A model generated the notes under the pieces. It was given only the letters and a program-made list of their open reading frames with translations, made no database searches and had not been told where the DNA came from. A stretch of DNA of 64,000 nt from the NCBI RefSeq assembly GCF_052425735.1, contig NC_135761.1, positions 19,406,001-19,470,000 on the forward strand, written 5' to 3'. This document shows, in pieces, positions 51,921 through 60,005 of this stretch. How positions within the stretch are numbered: the first letter of the stretch is position 1; each line of letters opens with the position of its first letter. The translations under genes were made by a program, and so were the position numbers. The DNA comes from Oculina patagonica. Lineage: Eukaryota.

Positions 51921-52121
51921 TTAATCTGATTTTTTGTTGTAAATGATGCTGTTATTAATATGCTTTTGTGTCAAAAGATGTCTCCATTTACCGGATAATT
52001 TATAGTTATAATTATTGCAAATGACACAAAACCATTCCTTTTTAGATGCATATAAAGTCTTGGACCTTCTTTTTGCATCCATCTTGTCTTTTTCAGTAAA
52101 ATATCTTCGAACTTCAACCAT
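51921..52121 (-). CDS. Small C2H2-type (HxxxxxH) zinc-finger protein
   Basis: CVIC..HLLTQKH with a basic N-terminus; TATATATAAATG start. Confidence 0.7.
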   Translation of the reverse strand: MVEVRRYFTEKDKMDAKRRSKTLYASKKEWFCVICNNYNYKLSGKWRHLLTQKHINNSIIYNKKSD

Positions 52122-52464
52122 TTATATATATACTTTAGAAATTTTTATATATTTTTAACCGACAGTTATGGTAAATTTTTAATGTTATATATTTCTTGTG
52201 ATTCGTTATTTTTTATATATATTTATGACTTTTTTAAAATTATGGTGATTAATATTTTATAGTTCAAGGTTAAACATCTGCATTATTGTCATGGTTTCAT
52301 AATATTTGGTTCAATACAATAGATTCGAATGTTCTATTGTTTATATTAACTAACCAATCATATTACAATAAACTTTTATACAAACTTTTATATAAACGTT
52401 TGTCATAAAATAAACTTTTATTCTCAGAATTGATTCAAGATGCCTAAGTCAATAAGCACGAATT

Positions 52465-53490
52465 TTATATATGTTGTAGATCCTTCATTGGTATCCAACT
52501 ATTAAAATCATCATTATATCCTTTCCACTTCACTAAAGCTTGTTTCTTCTTATAATCCCTCCGAATGACTTTATCAATTCTGAATACGTCCTGTTTTGCT
52601 TTTAACAGTTCAGGTTCATAAAAACTTCCTTGTATGTCTTCATTATTGAGATCTTTCAATTTGTAAGTAATAGGATTAGTGTATTGTATCTTATCGATGG
52701 TAAAAATTTCTTCTGTCCAGTTTGGCGTGTACCCTTTATCGAAAATATTTCTTTTATACTTCGATATTCGAACCTTATCACCTATTTTGAATTTCGGTTT
52801 CTGTTTTGATGTTTTCATATCACCGTATAAATTGAAATATACTAAGCCTTCATTCTTTTTCCTCGATGCTTCTACGGGTGTCATTTTAATGCTTGAGTGT
52901 TTGGTATTATTATACTGTTTTAACAGCTTGGGTAGCATATCGAGGTACGTCGTATTACCTTGAGCAGTGAATTGTTTCCACATTCGGGTTTTAATTGTCC
53001 TATTCCATCGTTCGCATACGCTACTTTTCTCTTCATTTTCGGTTGAGTATAGTGTTATACCATTCTTTTCCAAAAGCTCCTTCATATTTTTATTGTAATA
53101 CTCTTTCCCTTTATCAGTCCAAAGATATTGAGGTTTACGCCCCTCTTTGAATATGGTTTTGAATGCTTGAGTTACAGTTTCACCTTTTTTGTCTTTTAGA
53201 GGCACTATCCAACCATATTTACTGAAAACATCCAGTACCATGAGAAGATATCTATATCCCTTGTTCCATTTACTAAACTGTTGCATTTCTACCAAATCCG
53301 AACACCATATTTCATCAATATGGTTAACTATAACACGTCGTTTAGTAAAGTTACGTTTTATTGCTGTATGTAATTCATCAGCTAATTTTTCTTGCCATTT
53401 TTCTTCACCTGTCGTTTTTTTACGTTTTTTTTGGCTTAACACCCAAACCCAACTTTTCCTTTGTTGCAATGGTATTACGAGCAATAGCAT
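52465..53490 (-). CDS. Retroviral-like (rve) integrase with C-terminal chromodomain
   Basis: WCSD, LWTDKG, SVCERWNRT catalytic DDE; FRIDKVI..ALVKWKGY..NSWIP chromodomain; GYTPNWTEEIF Polinton motif. Confidence 0.95.
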   Translation of the reverse strand: MLLLVIPLQQRKSWVWVLSQKKRKKTTGEEKWQEKLADELHTAIKRNFTKRRVIVNHIDEIWCSDLVEMQQFSKWNKGYRYLLMVLDVFSKYGWIVPLKDKKGETVTQAFKTIFKEGRKPQYLWTDKGKEYYNKNMKELLEKNGITLYSTENEEKSSVCERWNRTIKTRMWKQFTAQGNTTYLDMLPKLLKQYNNTKHSSIKMTPVEASRKKNEGLVYFNLYGDMKTSKQKPKFKIGDKVRISKYKRNIFDKGYTPNWTEEIFTIDKIQYTNPITYKLKDLNNEDIQGSFYEPELLKAKQDVFRIDKVIRRDYKKKQALVKWKGYNDDFNSWIPMKDLQHI

Positions 53491-54121
53491 GACCCCATTG
53501 TCTGTCTTTCCACGGAATAGAATCGAGGGCTTTTACCATCTTTTTATCAGCTTTGTTTTTGCATTTAACCTGATCTTTTGAGGGTTTATTTGCACAGACG
53601 CTGTAATCTACATCATGTTGCATCGATACAGCATCTGTTTTACCAGTTGGTTTTTGATATATCTTAAGTATTTTACCAGTATTTGGATCCCATTTGACCT
53701 GTTTTTCAAGAGGATTCCCGGGACCGGTATATTTATGGCCGGGTATAACAAAGCCTTCTTTTGGAGCTACTTTCAGAATAGCTTTGTGGATATCAAAACC
53801 CTTACCCTTTTTATAGTAATCAACATTGTCTTTTACACCTTTGAGAGTTTGACCTGCTAAAATTCTTGCCATTGAAGCAAAGCTAGGTGATGGAGTTACA
53901 AAATTTGATGCTACATAGGCTATTTTATCAACAGTAGAAGGGCCTTTATAACGAGCAAGAGCTCCGCCACTTTGACTTTTGACAAATTTAGTTTTAGTAA
54001 TACCACAAGAAATGCATTCCGATTTGAGCATTAAACGATTGTTTTTTGTTCTCACATATTTTTCAGAACCAGGAACTGAATTAGTTTGTATTTTTTCACG
54101 TACACAATACGATTTAACCAT
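53420..54121 (-). CDS. Parvovirus-type phospholipase A2 (PLA2X) with N-terminal DUF5679-like Cys domain
   Basis: PGHKYTGPGN Ca-binding loop, DAVSMQHDVDY catalytic HD, KADKKM. Confidence 0.88.
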   Translation of the reverse strand: MVKSYCVREKIQTNSVPGSEKYVRTKNNRLMLKSECISCGITKTKFVKSQSGGALARYKGPSTVDKIAYVASNFVTPSPSFASMARILAGQTLKGVKDNVDYYKKGKGFDIHKAILKVAPKEGFVIPGHKYTGPGNPLEKQVKWDPNTGKILKIYQKPTGKTDAVSMQHDVDYSVCANKPSKDQVKCKNKADKKMVKALDSIPWKDRQWGHAIARNTIATKEKLGLGVKPKKT

Positions 54122-54142
54122 TATATATATATTGATTAGATA

Positions 54143-54586
54143 TTAATCGCAATAATGATTAATCCATTTACCGTTTTTATATTCACTGTAATTGCATTTT
54201 GGATCGGTATTTTCGTTAGCATACGAACCTGCTGGCTTCCAAAAACTCTTTGTTTGAATACCGCTACGAGGGTTTACTATGCCTTTTACGATATCTCCCG
54301 ACCAATACTTTTTAAATAAATCCTTATCACCACCAGTTATACGCATAATGAAGCTAGCAATGTCTTGGCTCTGTTGAAAACCAGGAATTTTTTCCCCGAC
54401 CTTTTTGTTAATCGTTTCACCAACTCCTCGCCCCTTTTTCTCACTGACAAATTTGGTTTTAAAGCTTTTACATTCAGAGCATATGCATTTCATCATAGTT
54501 CGGCCATTTTTGGTTTTAAAATATTTTTCACTTTCTGGTACACATTCTGTCTGTTTTTTCTGCTTTACGCAATATGATCTAACCAT
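54143..54586 (-). CDS. Protein with N-terminal DUF5679-like Cys domain paralogous to the PLA2X N-terminus
   Basis: MVRSYCVKQK..TKNGRTMMKCICSECKSFKTKFV versus MVKSYCVREK..TKNNRLMLKSECISCGITKTKFV. Confidence 0.75.
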   Translation of the reverse strand: MVRSYCVKQKKQTECVPESEKYFKTKNGRTMMKCICSECKSFKTKFVSEKKGRGVGETINKKVGEKIPGFQQSQDIASFIMRITGGDKDLFKKYWSGDIVKGIVNPRSGIQTKSFWKPAGSYANENTDPKCNYSEYKNGKWINHYCD

Positions 54587-54598
54587 TATATATATTGA

Positions 54599-55234
54599 TT
54601 ATACAATTTCATCAAAATTTTTTTTACAGCTTTTCTTTTCTTTATCAATGAACAAAAATTCGAAGGGCATCAGTTTGTCAAATAAATTGGGATCTATTCT
54701 ATTTTCTTTGCCGATCAGATTGGAATGGTTTTTTGTGGCTGGTGGATATAATAACATATGTGAACTGTTCAGTCTTATTTTCTGAGGCACATCATAGTAA
54801 CTTTGACTCAAATAAATGGGAGTTATATTATGATGTCTTCCGTCAGTGAAATGATTCGCTATTTTGGATTGAATTTTGTCACAGCAATTTATCAAATCAT
54901 CGAACACCACTATTTTTCTGTTATTGTTGGGATATTCTTGAGTATCCATTATTTCATCAGCATTCTTAATCTCTAACACATCATAACCAACCTTTTTTGA
55001 TATGTCATCCATCAATGATTCGAGATCTTTTATTTTGTCTTGATGTCTATTCGGAGTATAAAATATTATCTTGTCATAAAACACGAGCGGTTTTCTCAAT
55101 ATGTGCATAAGAAGGTTTGTTTTACCACAATTGCTTTGACCACAAATGAGCATTCTGAATTCTTCATTCAAGAAGTTATTTAAGCTTCGTTTTTGGGTTT
55201 CTTTTTTGATGTTGTCATAGTTTGGAATCTTCAT
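54599..55234 (-). CDS. A32/FtsK-like genome packaging ATPase (likely start MKIPNY)
   Basis: Walker A GQSNCGKT, Walker B IVVFDD, GRHHN, YLSQSY, IRLN. Confidence 0.93.
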   Translation of the reverse strand: MKIPNYDNIKKETQKRSLNNFLNEEFRMLICGQSNCGKTNLLMHILRKPLVFYDKIIFYTPNRHQDKIKDLESLMDDISKKVGYDVLEIKNADEIMDTQEYPNNNRKIVVFDDLINCCDKIQSKIANHFTDGRHHNITPIYLSQSYYDVPQKIRLNSSHMLLYPPATKNHSNLIGKENRIDPNLFDKLMPFEFLFIDKEKKSCKKNFDEIV

Positions 55235-55325
55235 CAATATATATATTGCGTACATTAAAATATCTGTCTTTCAGCATTTATGTCAATTGATATATTAATT
55301 TTGTCATTTATCTAAACTATTATAT

Positions 55326-56441
55326 ATGGATATCGAAAAATTTAGAGAGAATCAGAAGAAGCATTATTCAAATAATCTTTTAAAAAGACAAATCAGAAAA
55401 CAAATAAAAGACACACTGAATGAAAAACAATCAAGACAATTTGAAAGCAAAGAATTATTCAAACCTGTTATCACATCTCAGAAAGAGGTGAAAGAAACCA
55501 TTGATAAAAAACAAGATAAATTAATTGAAAACTTGAATGAAAAACAAGAAAAATTAATTACAGCTGTTGATGCGTTGAATGAAACAATTTCATCATCTGG
55601 TTCACAAAGTGGGGTTCAAAGTTGGTTAAGTGATTTACCATCAAAATTTGATACTTTAGACATATTACCTGAAGAAGATGAAGAAGAAGATGTAGATGAA
55701 GAAGTACCCAAAAAAGAAGTTGTTAAAGATCATATCTTTAACGAAGGTGAAAAAAATATCATAAAAAAATATAAATTTGATCCTGATTTGGAATATATTC
55801 CAGATCAACAAGAAGTCAGATCAGCGATATCTAGTCTTTCTGGAAAAAGACGATCTTCAAATCAGATTATTAAAAATAACGCAAGGAAAGATCAAGAGAT
55901 ATTGAGAAAATATCTCACTGTTATAAAAGGAATCAATTTGAGGGAAAAATCAGGTGATGGTATCAGGTTTTACAAACAGCCGAAGCGGAATGCTTACAAG
56001 ATAAACAATGGACAGTATGGCGGTTTACTCATAAATGTACCAAGATTAATCAATGAAATGGTCATCGAAGCCGTGAAAGATGGTAAAATGGTTTATGAAG
56101 ACATTGCTGACAAATCACTCGTTGATCTCATCACAAAGAGGTTTAATCCAAAGAAAAAGTATTCATCAAAAGCAATCAAAATATTCAATAATCTCAATAT
56201 GTTATCAAACATCCCAAAACATAGATCATCAGGGAAATCAAAACTGATTGGAGGTACAATGATATACTCAGACCCAAACGATTTGATGAAAAGATTGACT
56301 TTGTTGGCTGGAAGCAAAAGGGCTGGTAATACAAGTATTGTTCTCAGAAATGAAATGTGGCAGATCATTGATTATTTACTCAAACAAGGTTTGATAGCTA
56401 AAACACAATACGATAAATTTGTCAGGACTCAATTAATGTAA
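55326..56441 (+). CDS. Conserved Polinton protein (coiled-coil N-terminus, DPNDL..LLAGSKRAGN C-terminus)
   Basis: 371-aa ORF; C-terminal motif typical of Polinton core genes. Confidence 0.8.
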   Translation: MDIEKFRENQKKHYSNNLLKRQIRKQIKDTLNEKQSRQFESKELFKPVITSQKEVKETIDKKQDKLIENLNEKQEKLITAVDALNETISSSGSQSGVQSWLSDLPSKFDTLDILPEEDEEEDVDEEVPKKEVVKDHIFNEGEKNIIKKYKFDPDLEYIPDQQEVRSAISSLSGKRRSSNQIIKNNARKDQEILRKYLTVIKGINLREKSGDGIRFYKQPKRNAYKINNGQYGGLLINVPRLINEMVIEAVKDGKMVYEDIADKSLVDLITKRFNPKKKYSSKAIKIFNNLNMLSNIPKHRSSGKSKLIGGTMIYSDPNDLMKRLTLLAGSKRAGNTSIVLRNEMWQIIDYLLKQGLIAKTQYDKFVRTQLM

Positions 56442-56453
56442 TCTAATGATATA

Positions 56454-57206
56454 ATGGAAATCCCTATGTTTTTGGATAGCAATGATGGTATAAGAGATTC
56501 AATGTCTCATGATTTTACCATCAATCATGTGCCTGAAATAGTCCTAGACAGGAATAAAACATATTATTTGGCTCTTTACAGTGCTGAAATGACTTATAGC
56601 TGGTTCAATGTGTCTTCAAAGTATGGAAATAACAAAATAAAATACAGCAAGGATTCTGGAGCGAATTGGGTTGAAATTGTTTTCCGTGATGGTAATTATT
56701 CTTATTCAGACATCAATGAGTATATTTCACAAATACTCGAAGTGAATGGTGATTTAAACGATAAGGGGAAAGGTATCTCACTTGAATTTTCATCATCATT
56801 ATTGAAGGTGTATATTGAATTGGAAGAAAAATATCAATTGGATCTCAGAGAAGGTGATTTCTCAAAACTGATTGGTTTCAATAAAGAAATCATCACATCA
56901 ACAAAATACGGATCCAATGCTCCAAACATAACAAGAAATGTTGATAACATTTTCATTCATTGCAATCTTCTGAGCGACTCACTTGTTTCTGGGACGCAAG
57001 GTGATGTACTTTATCGTTTTAGTGTTGCCAATTTGCAGATATCTTATCCATTTGAAATAAAAGAAACAATACCTCGACCCCTTTTCAACAAAATCAATAC
57101 CAACATCATCAAAGAATTGAGGATATATATCACTGATGGATTGAACAACCCTATCCATCTCAATAATATACCAATTAACTTGACTTTGCTGTTGAAAGAA
57201 GTGTGA
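56454..57206 (+). CDS. Minor capsid protein (penton, single jelly roll)
   Basis: LDS..SHDFT..YYLAL..YSWFNV..IFIHCNLL..LRIYITD; position next to the major capsid gene. Confidence 0.85.
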   Translation: MEIPMFLDSNDGIRDSMSHDFTINHVPEIVLDRNKTYYLALYSAEMTYSWFNVSSKYGNNKIKYSKDSGANWVEIVFRDGNYSYSDINEYISQILEVNGDLNDKGKGISLEFSSSLLKVYIELEEKYQLDLREGDFSKLIGFNKEIITSTKYGSNAPNITRNVDNIFIHCNLLSDSLVSGTQGDVLYRFSVANLQISYPFEIKETIPRPLFNKINTNIIKELRIYITDGLNNPIHLNNIPINLTLLLKEV

Positions 57207-57227
57207 TATTATATATCGTATTCGTAT

Positions 57228-57659
57228 ATGAGCAGAATCAGAAAAGTGAGAGATATGAATACCGGTATGTCATACTACATCGACATTGAAACCGGTGACC
57301 CAGTTGATGATCACCAAAAAGGAGGTGGTATTATGAACAGTTTAATTTCCACTGCAAAAAAATCATTGACAAGTAAAACCACCAAAGATTTGGCAAAAAA
57401 AGCCGGTAAAAAAGGATTACAACATGTTGCACATAAAACTGGCAACATCATCAAAAATAGACTGAATAAAGCAACCAAGAAAGAAACAGAAAAACTGAAA
57501 AAATACAGTGAATCAGAAAATAAGGGAGATATGATCGTCAGCTTATTACAATCACATCCTGAAAACAAAAAATTCCAACCAGAAAGAACGAAAAAGACGG
57601 AAGAACAATTGAGGAATGATATTCTCAGTCTGGAATTCGACAAATTAACCAACATGTAA
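57228..57659 (+). CDS. Basic putative virion core protein
   Basis: QKGGGI motif followed by Lys/Ala-rich helix. Confidence 0.7.
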   Translation: MSRIRKVRDMNTGMSYYIDIETGDPVDDHQKGGGIMNSLISTAKKSLTSKTTKDLAKKAGKKGLQHVAHKTGNIIKNRLNKATKKETEKLKKYSESENKGDMIVSLLQSHPENKKFQPERTKKTEEQLRNDILSLEFDKLTNM

Positions 57660-57683
57660 AATAATGTAAACCATTATTATATA

Positions 57684-59033
57684 ATGTCTTTCAGAAGTTC
57701 GAAATATTGCAAACGATATGAATATGTCTCATTTGAATTACAAAATCCAATAACATTACCTGCAAACAATCAATTTCAAAAGAAGAGTGGATACCGTTTC
57801 GTCATTGACAGTAGCAGTGAAACTCATCCTTTTGACTTGTATAATTCATACCTTTCTGTCGATTTTAAAATCACAAAAATGGATAACACTGGTTATGATG
57901 TTGCTGATCGGGTTGCAACCGTCAATTCCGGTTATTCACTTATCAATCAGTTGAAGGTTGAATTCAACGGAGTGAATGCTCTGGATACACCAGGGCTTAA
58001 TCATGCTATCAATGTGAAAAATCTGACTGAATTATCATCAAGTTACACTGAAACAGTCGGACCAAGCATGTTTAATTACCCTGATACAGCCGTCGGAGCT
58101 GTGATTCTAAAATATACAATGAGAGCAGTACAACACGGTGCAAACAACGCTGGTAATGCTTATGAAGTAAGAAATTTCGTTGATGGAGATAATGTAAACT
58201 ACAATGAGGGTTTCGCAAAAAGAAAAGCATTACTCACGCAAGCTGCTGAAAATAACATCATACTACCATTGAACAGATATGGTTTTTTCAACTCTTTTGA
58301 GACAGAAATAGCACCCAATGGTAAAGTAACCATTGATGTCAATCTTGAAACTGATAACAATGTAATATTTCGTGCTGGGGGTGACCCAGGAAGGTTTATT
58401 GTCACTAGACTTGTTTTATGGGTACCGAAAATGATATTTAATGCTGAGGGTGAGCAAATTTATCTTAAAACATATCTAAAGCCACATACATGGTCATATC
58501 TCAAAGAAAGAATTGAAATTTCTCCATCAACAGCGTCTCGTCAAGGTACATTCAGGATTACTTCTTCTATTCGTAAACCGAGGCATGTTTTTATATGGGC
58601 TCTTAATGATACAAAAATGAATGATCAAACACAGAATCCGTTTATATTTAATACATATAACATCGCGAATAACCGAACATTTTCAAATGCAAGGCTTGAG
58701 TTGAGTAACGGCGTTTTTTATCCAAATGAAGAATTAAAACCTGATACAGAGATCGTTCAAACATATAGGGCATTGATGGAATATCAAAAAGATTTCAATG
58801 CTTATTACACTTCTCCAACAATCACCCTGGAATCATTTAAAGAGTTATATGGGCTCATCTATTTTGATCTTAGAAACCAAGAGGAAGAAATTAAAAGTGG
58901 ATCGACCAAAATCCAGTTCAGTTATAAACTATCTGGGAATCCAAATGCAAATTACAGCCTCTATGCTTTGATTCTCCATGAAGAAGAGCTTAGTGTTGAT
59001 ATCGTCAATGGTAAAGTTCTCCTCAAAGCTTGA
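57684..59033 (+). CDS. Major capsid protein (hexon-like double jelly roll)
   Basis: 449 aa, beta-rich; ILPL..GFF, KPRHVFIW, QNPFIF, YP..L, YGLIYFDL motifs. Confidence 0.9.
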   Translation: MSFRSSKYCKRYEYVSFELQNPITLPANNQFQKKSGYRFVIDSSSETHPFDLYNSYLSVDFKITKMDNTGYDVADRVATVNSGYSLINQLKVEFNGVNALDTPGLNHAINVKNLTELSSSYTETVGPSMFNYPDTAVGAVILKYTMRAVQHGANNAGNAYEVRNFVDGDNVNYNEGFAKRKALLTQAAENNIILPLNRYGFFNSFETEIAPNGKVTIDVNLETDNNVIFRAGGDPGRFIVTRLVLWVPKMIFNAEGEQIYLKTYLKPHTWSYLKERIEISPSTASRQGTFRITSSIRKPRHVFIWALNDTKMNDQTQNPFIFNTYNIANNRTFSNARLELSNGVFYPNEELKPDTEIVQTYRALMEYQKDFNAYYTSPTITLESFKELYGLIYFDLRNQEEEIKSGSTKIQFSYKLSGNPNANYSLYALILHEEELSVDIVNGKVLLKA

Positions 59034-59071
59034 TTCGTTAATCAAATGTATTTTATGTAACGTTAATATAT

Positions 59072-59530
59072 ATGACTGAATACAAACCATACACTGTATC
59101 ATTAAGCAGAAACCAGAAATTGAAGCTCACAAAAGCCATCATGACCAAATCTCCAATAACACTGAGATTGTTGTCTAATGATTTGTCTGGAAACGACAAA
59201 ATGTTTCTGACAAAAACACAGATCAATAAGATCAAAAAATCGAAAACCCTCAATAAAGGTGTTGATATAAAAATTTCAAAAACACAAATTTCTCATATTA
59301 AACCAATGATACAATCTGGTATGGGTCTTCAAAATAGACCGTATCCACCTCCAATAAAAAGCCAAGGACAAGGATTGCGTAACAGACCATTTAATATCAA
59401 CGATTATGCCCTGTACAAAAGTCCCCCTTTCATTGGTACTTGGGATCAGAAAGGTTCAGGAATAAAAAAAAGAACCATGAAGAAAAAAGTAACGCAACCA
59501 ACCATTCCAATAATTGGATTGAGATTGTAA
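59072..59530 (+). CDS. Basic putative core (DNA-condensing) protein
   Basis: LSRNQK..LTKTQINKIKK..GVDIKISKTQI, three GxG motifs, PPFIG. Confidence 0.75.
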   Translation: MTEYKPYTVSLSRNQKLKLTKAIMTKSPITLRLLSNDLSGNDKMFLTKTQINKIKKSKTLNKGVDIKISKTQISHIKPMIQSGMGLQNRPYPPPIKSQGQGLRNRPFNINDYALYKSPPFIGTWDQKGSGIKKRTMKKKVTQPTIPIIGLRL

Positions 59531-59994
59531 ATAAACCAAAATTCATTAATAAAGCTTTGACCGATAGAGATTTGATTAATTGGTGTGATTATTTAAAAAT
59601 TGATATTACCGGCATATATAGCAGAAACCAACATATGCCTAAAAAACATAGTCCATGTGTTATCAATTTAGATGATTTGAATAATGCTGGAACTCATTGG
59701 ACTTGTTGTGTAAAAGGTAAAAATGACAAAACATTATGGTATTTCGACAGTTTCGGAATGCATTACCCCCAAGAATTTGAAATGAGAGCAAAGAGAGATG
59801 GTATCACCAATATTCTTTTTAATAATTCTCAATATCAAGACCTCAAGTCTGTTTTATGTGGTTATTATTGTCTTTATTTTTTACACCAAGCACTTGTATT
59901 CAAAAAAGAATATTTTGACATCTTGAAACCATTATCAATGACAAACACCAATCACAATGAAAAATTCATCAAGAACTATTTTGAAAATATATAA
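59440..59994 (+). CDS. Adenain-like cysteine maturation protease (start uncertain)
   Basis: GTHWT, YFDSFG, QYQ..CGYYC catalytic H/D/Q/C; the track ORF starts at TTG and the first ATG is at 59635. Confidence 0.92.
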   Translation: MGSERFRNKKKNHEEKSNATNHSNNWIEIVNKPKFINKALTDRDLINWCDYLKIDITGIYSRNQHMPKKHSPCVINLDDLNNAGTHWTCCVKGKNDKTLWYFDSFGMHYPQEFEMRAKRDGITNILFNNSQYQDLKSVLCGYYCLYFLHQALVFKKEYFDILKPLSMTNTNHNEKFIKNYFENI

Positions 59995-60005
59995 CATAAT
60001 TACAT

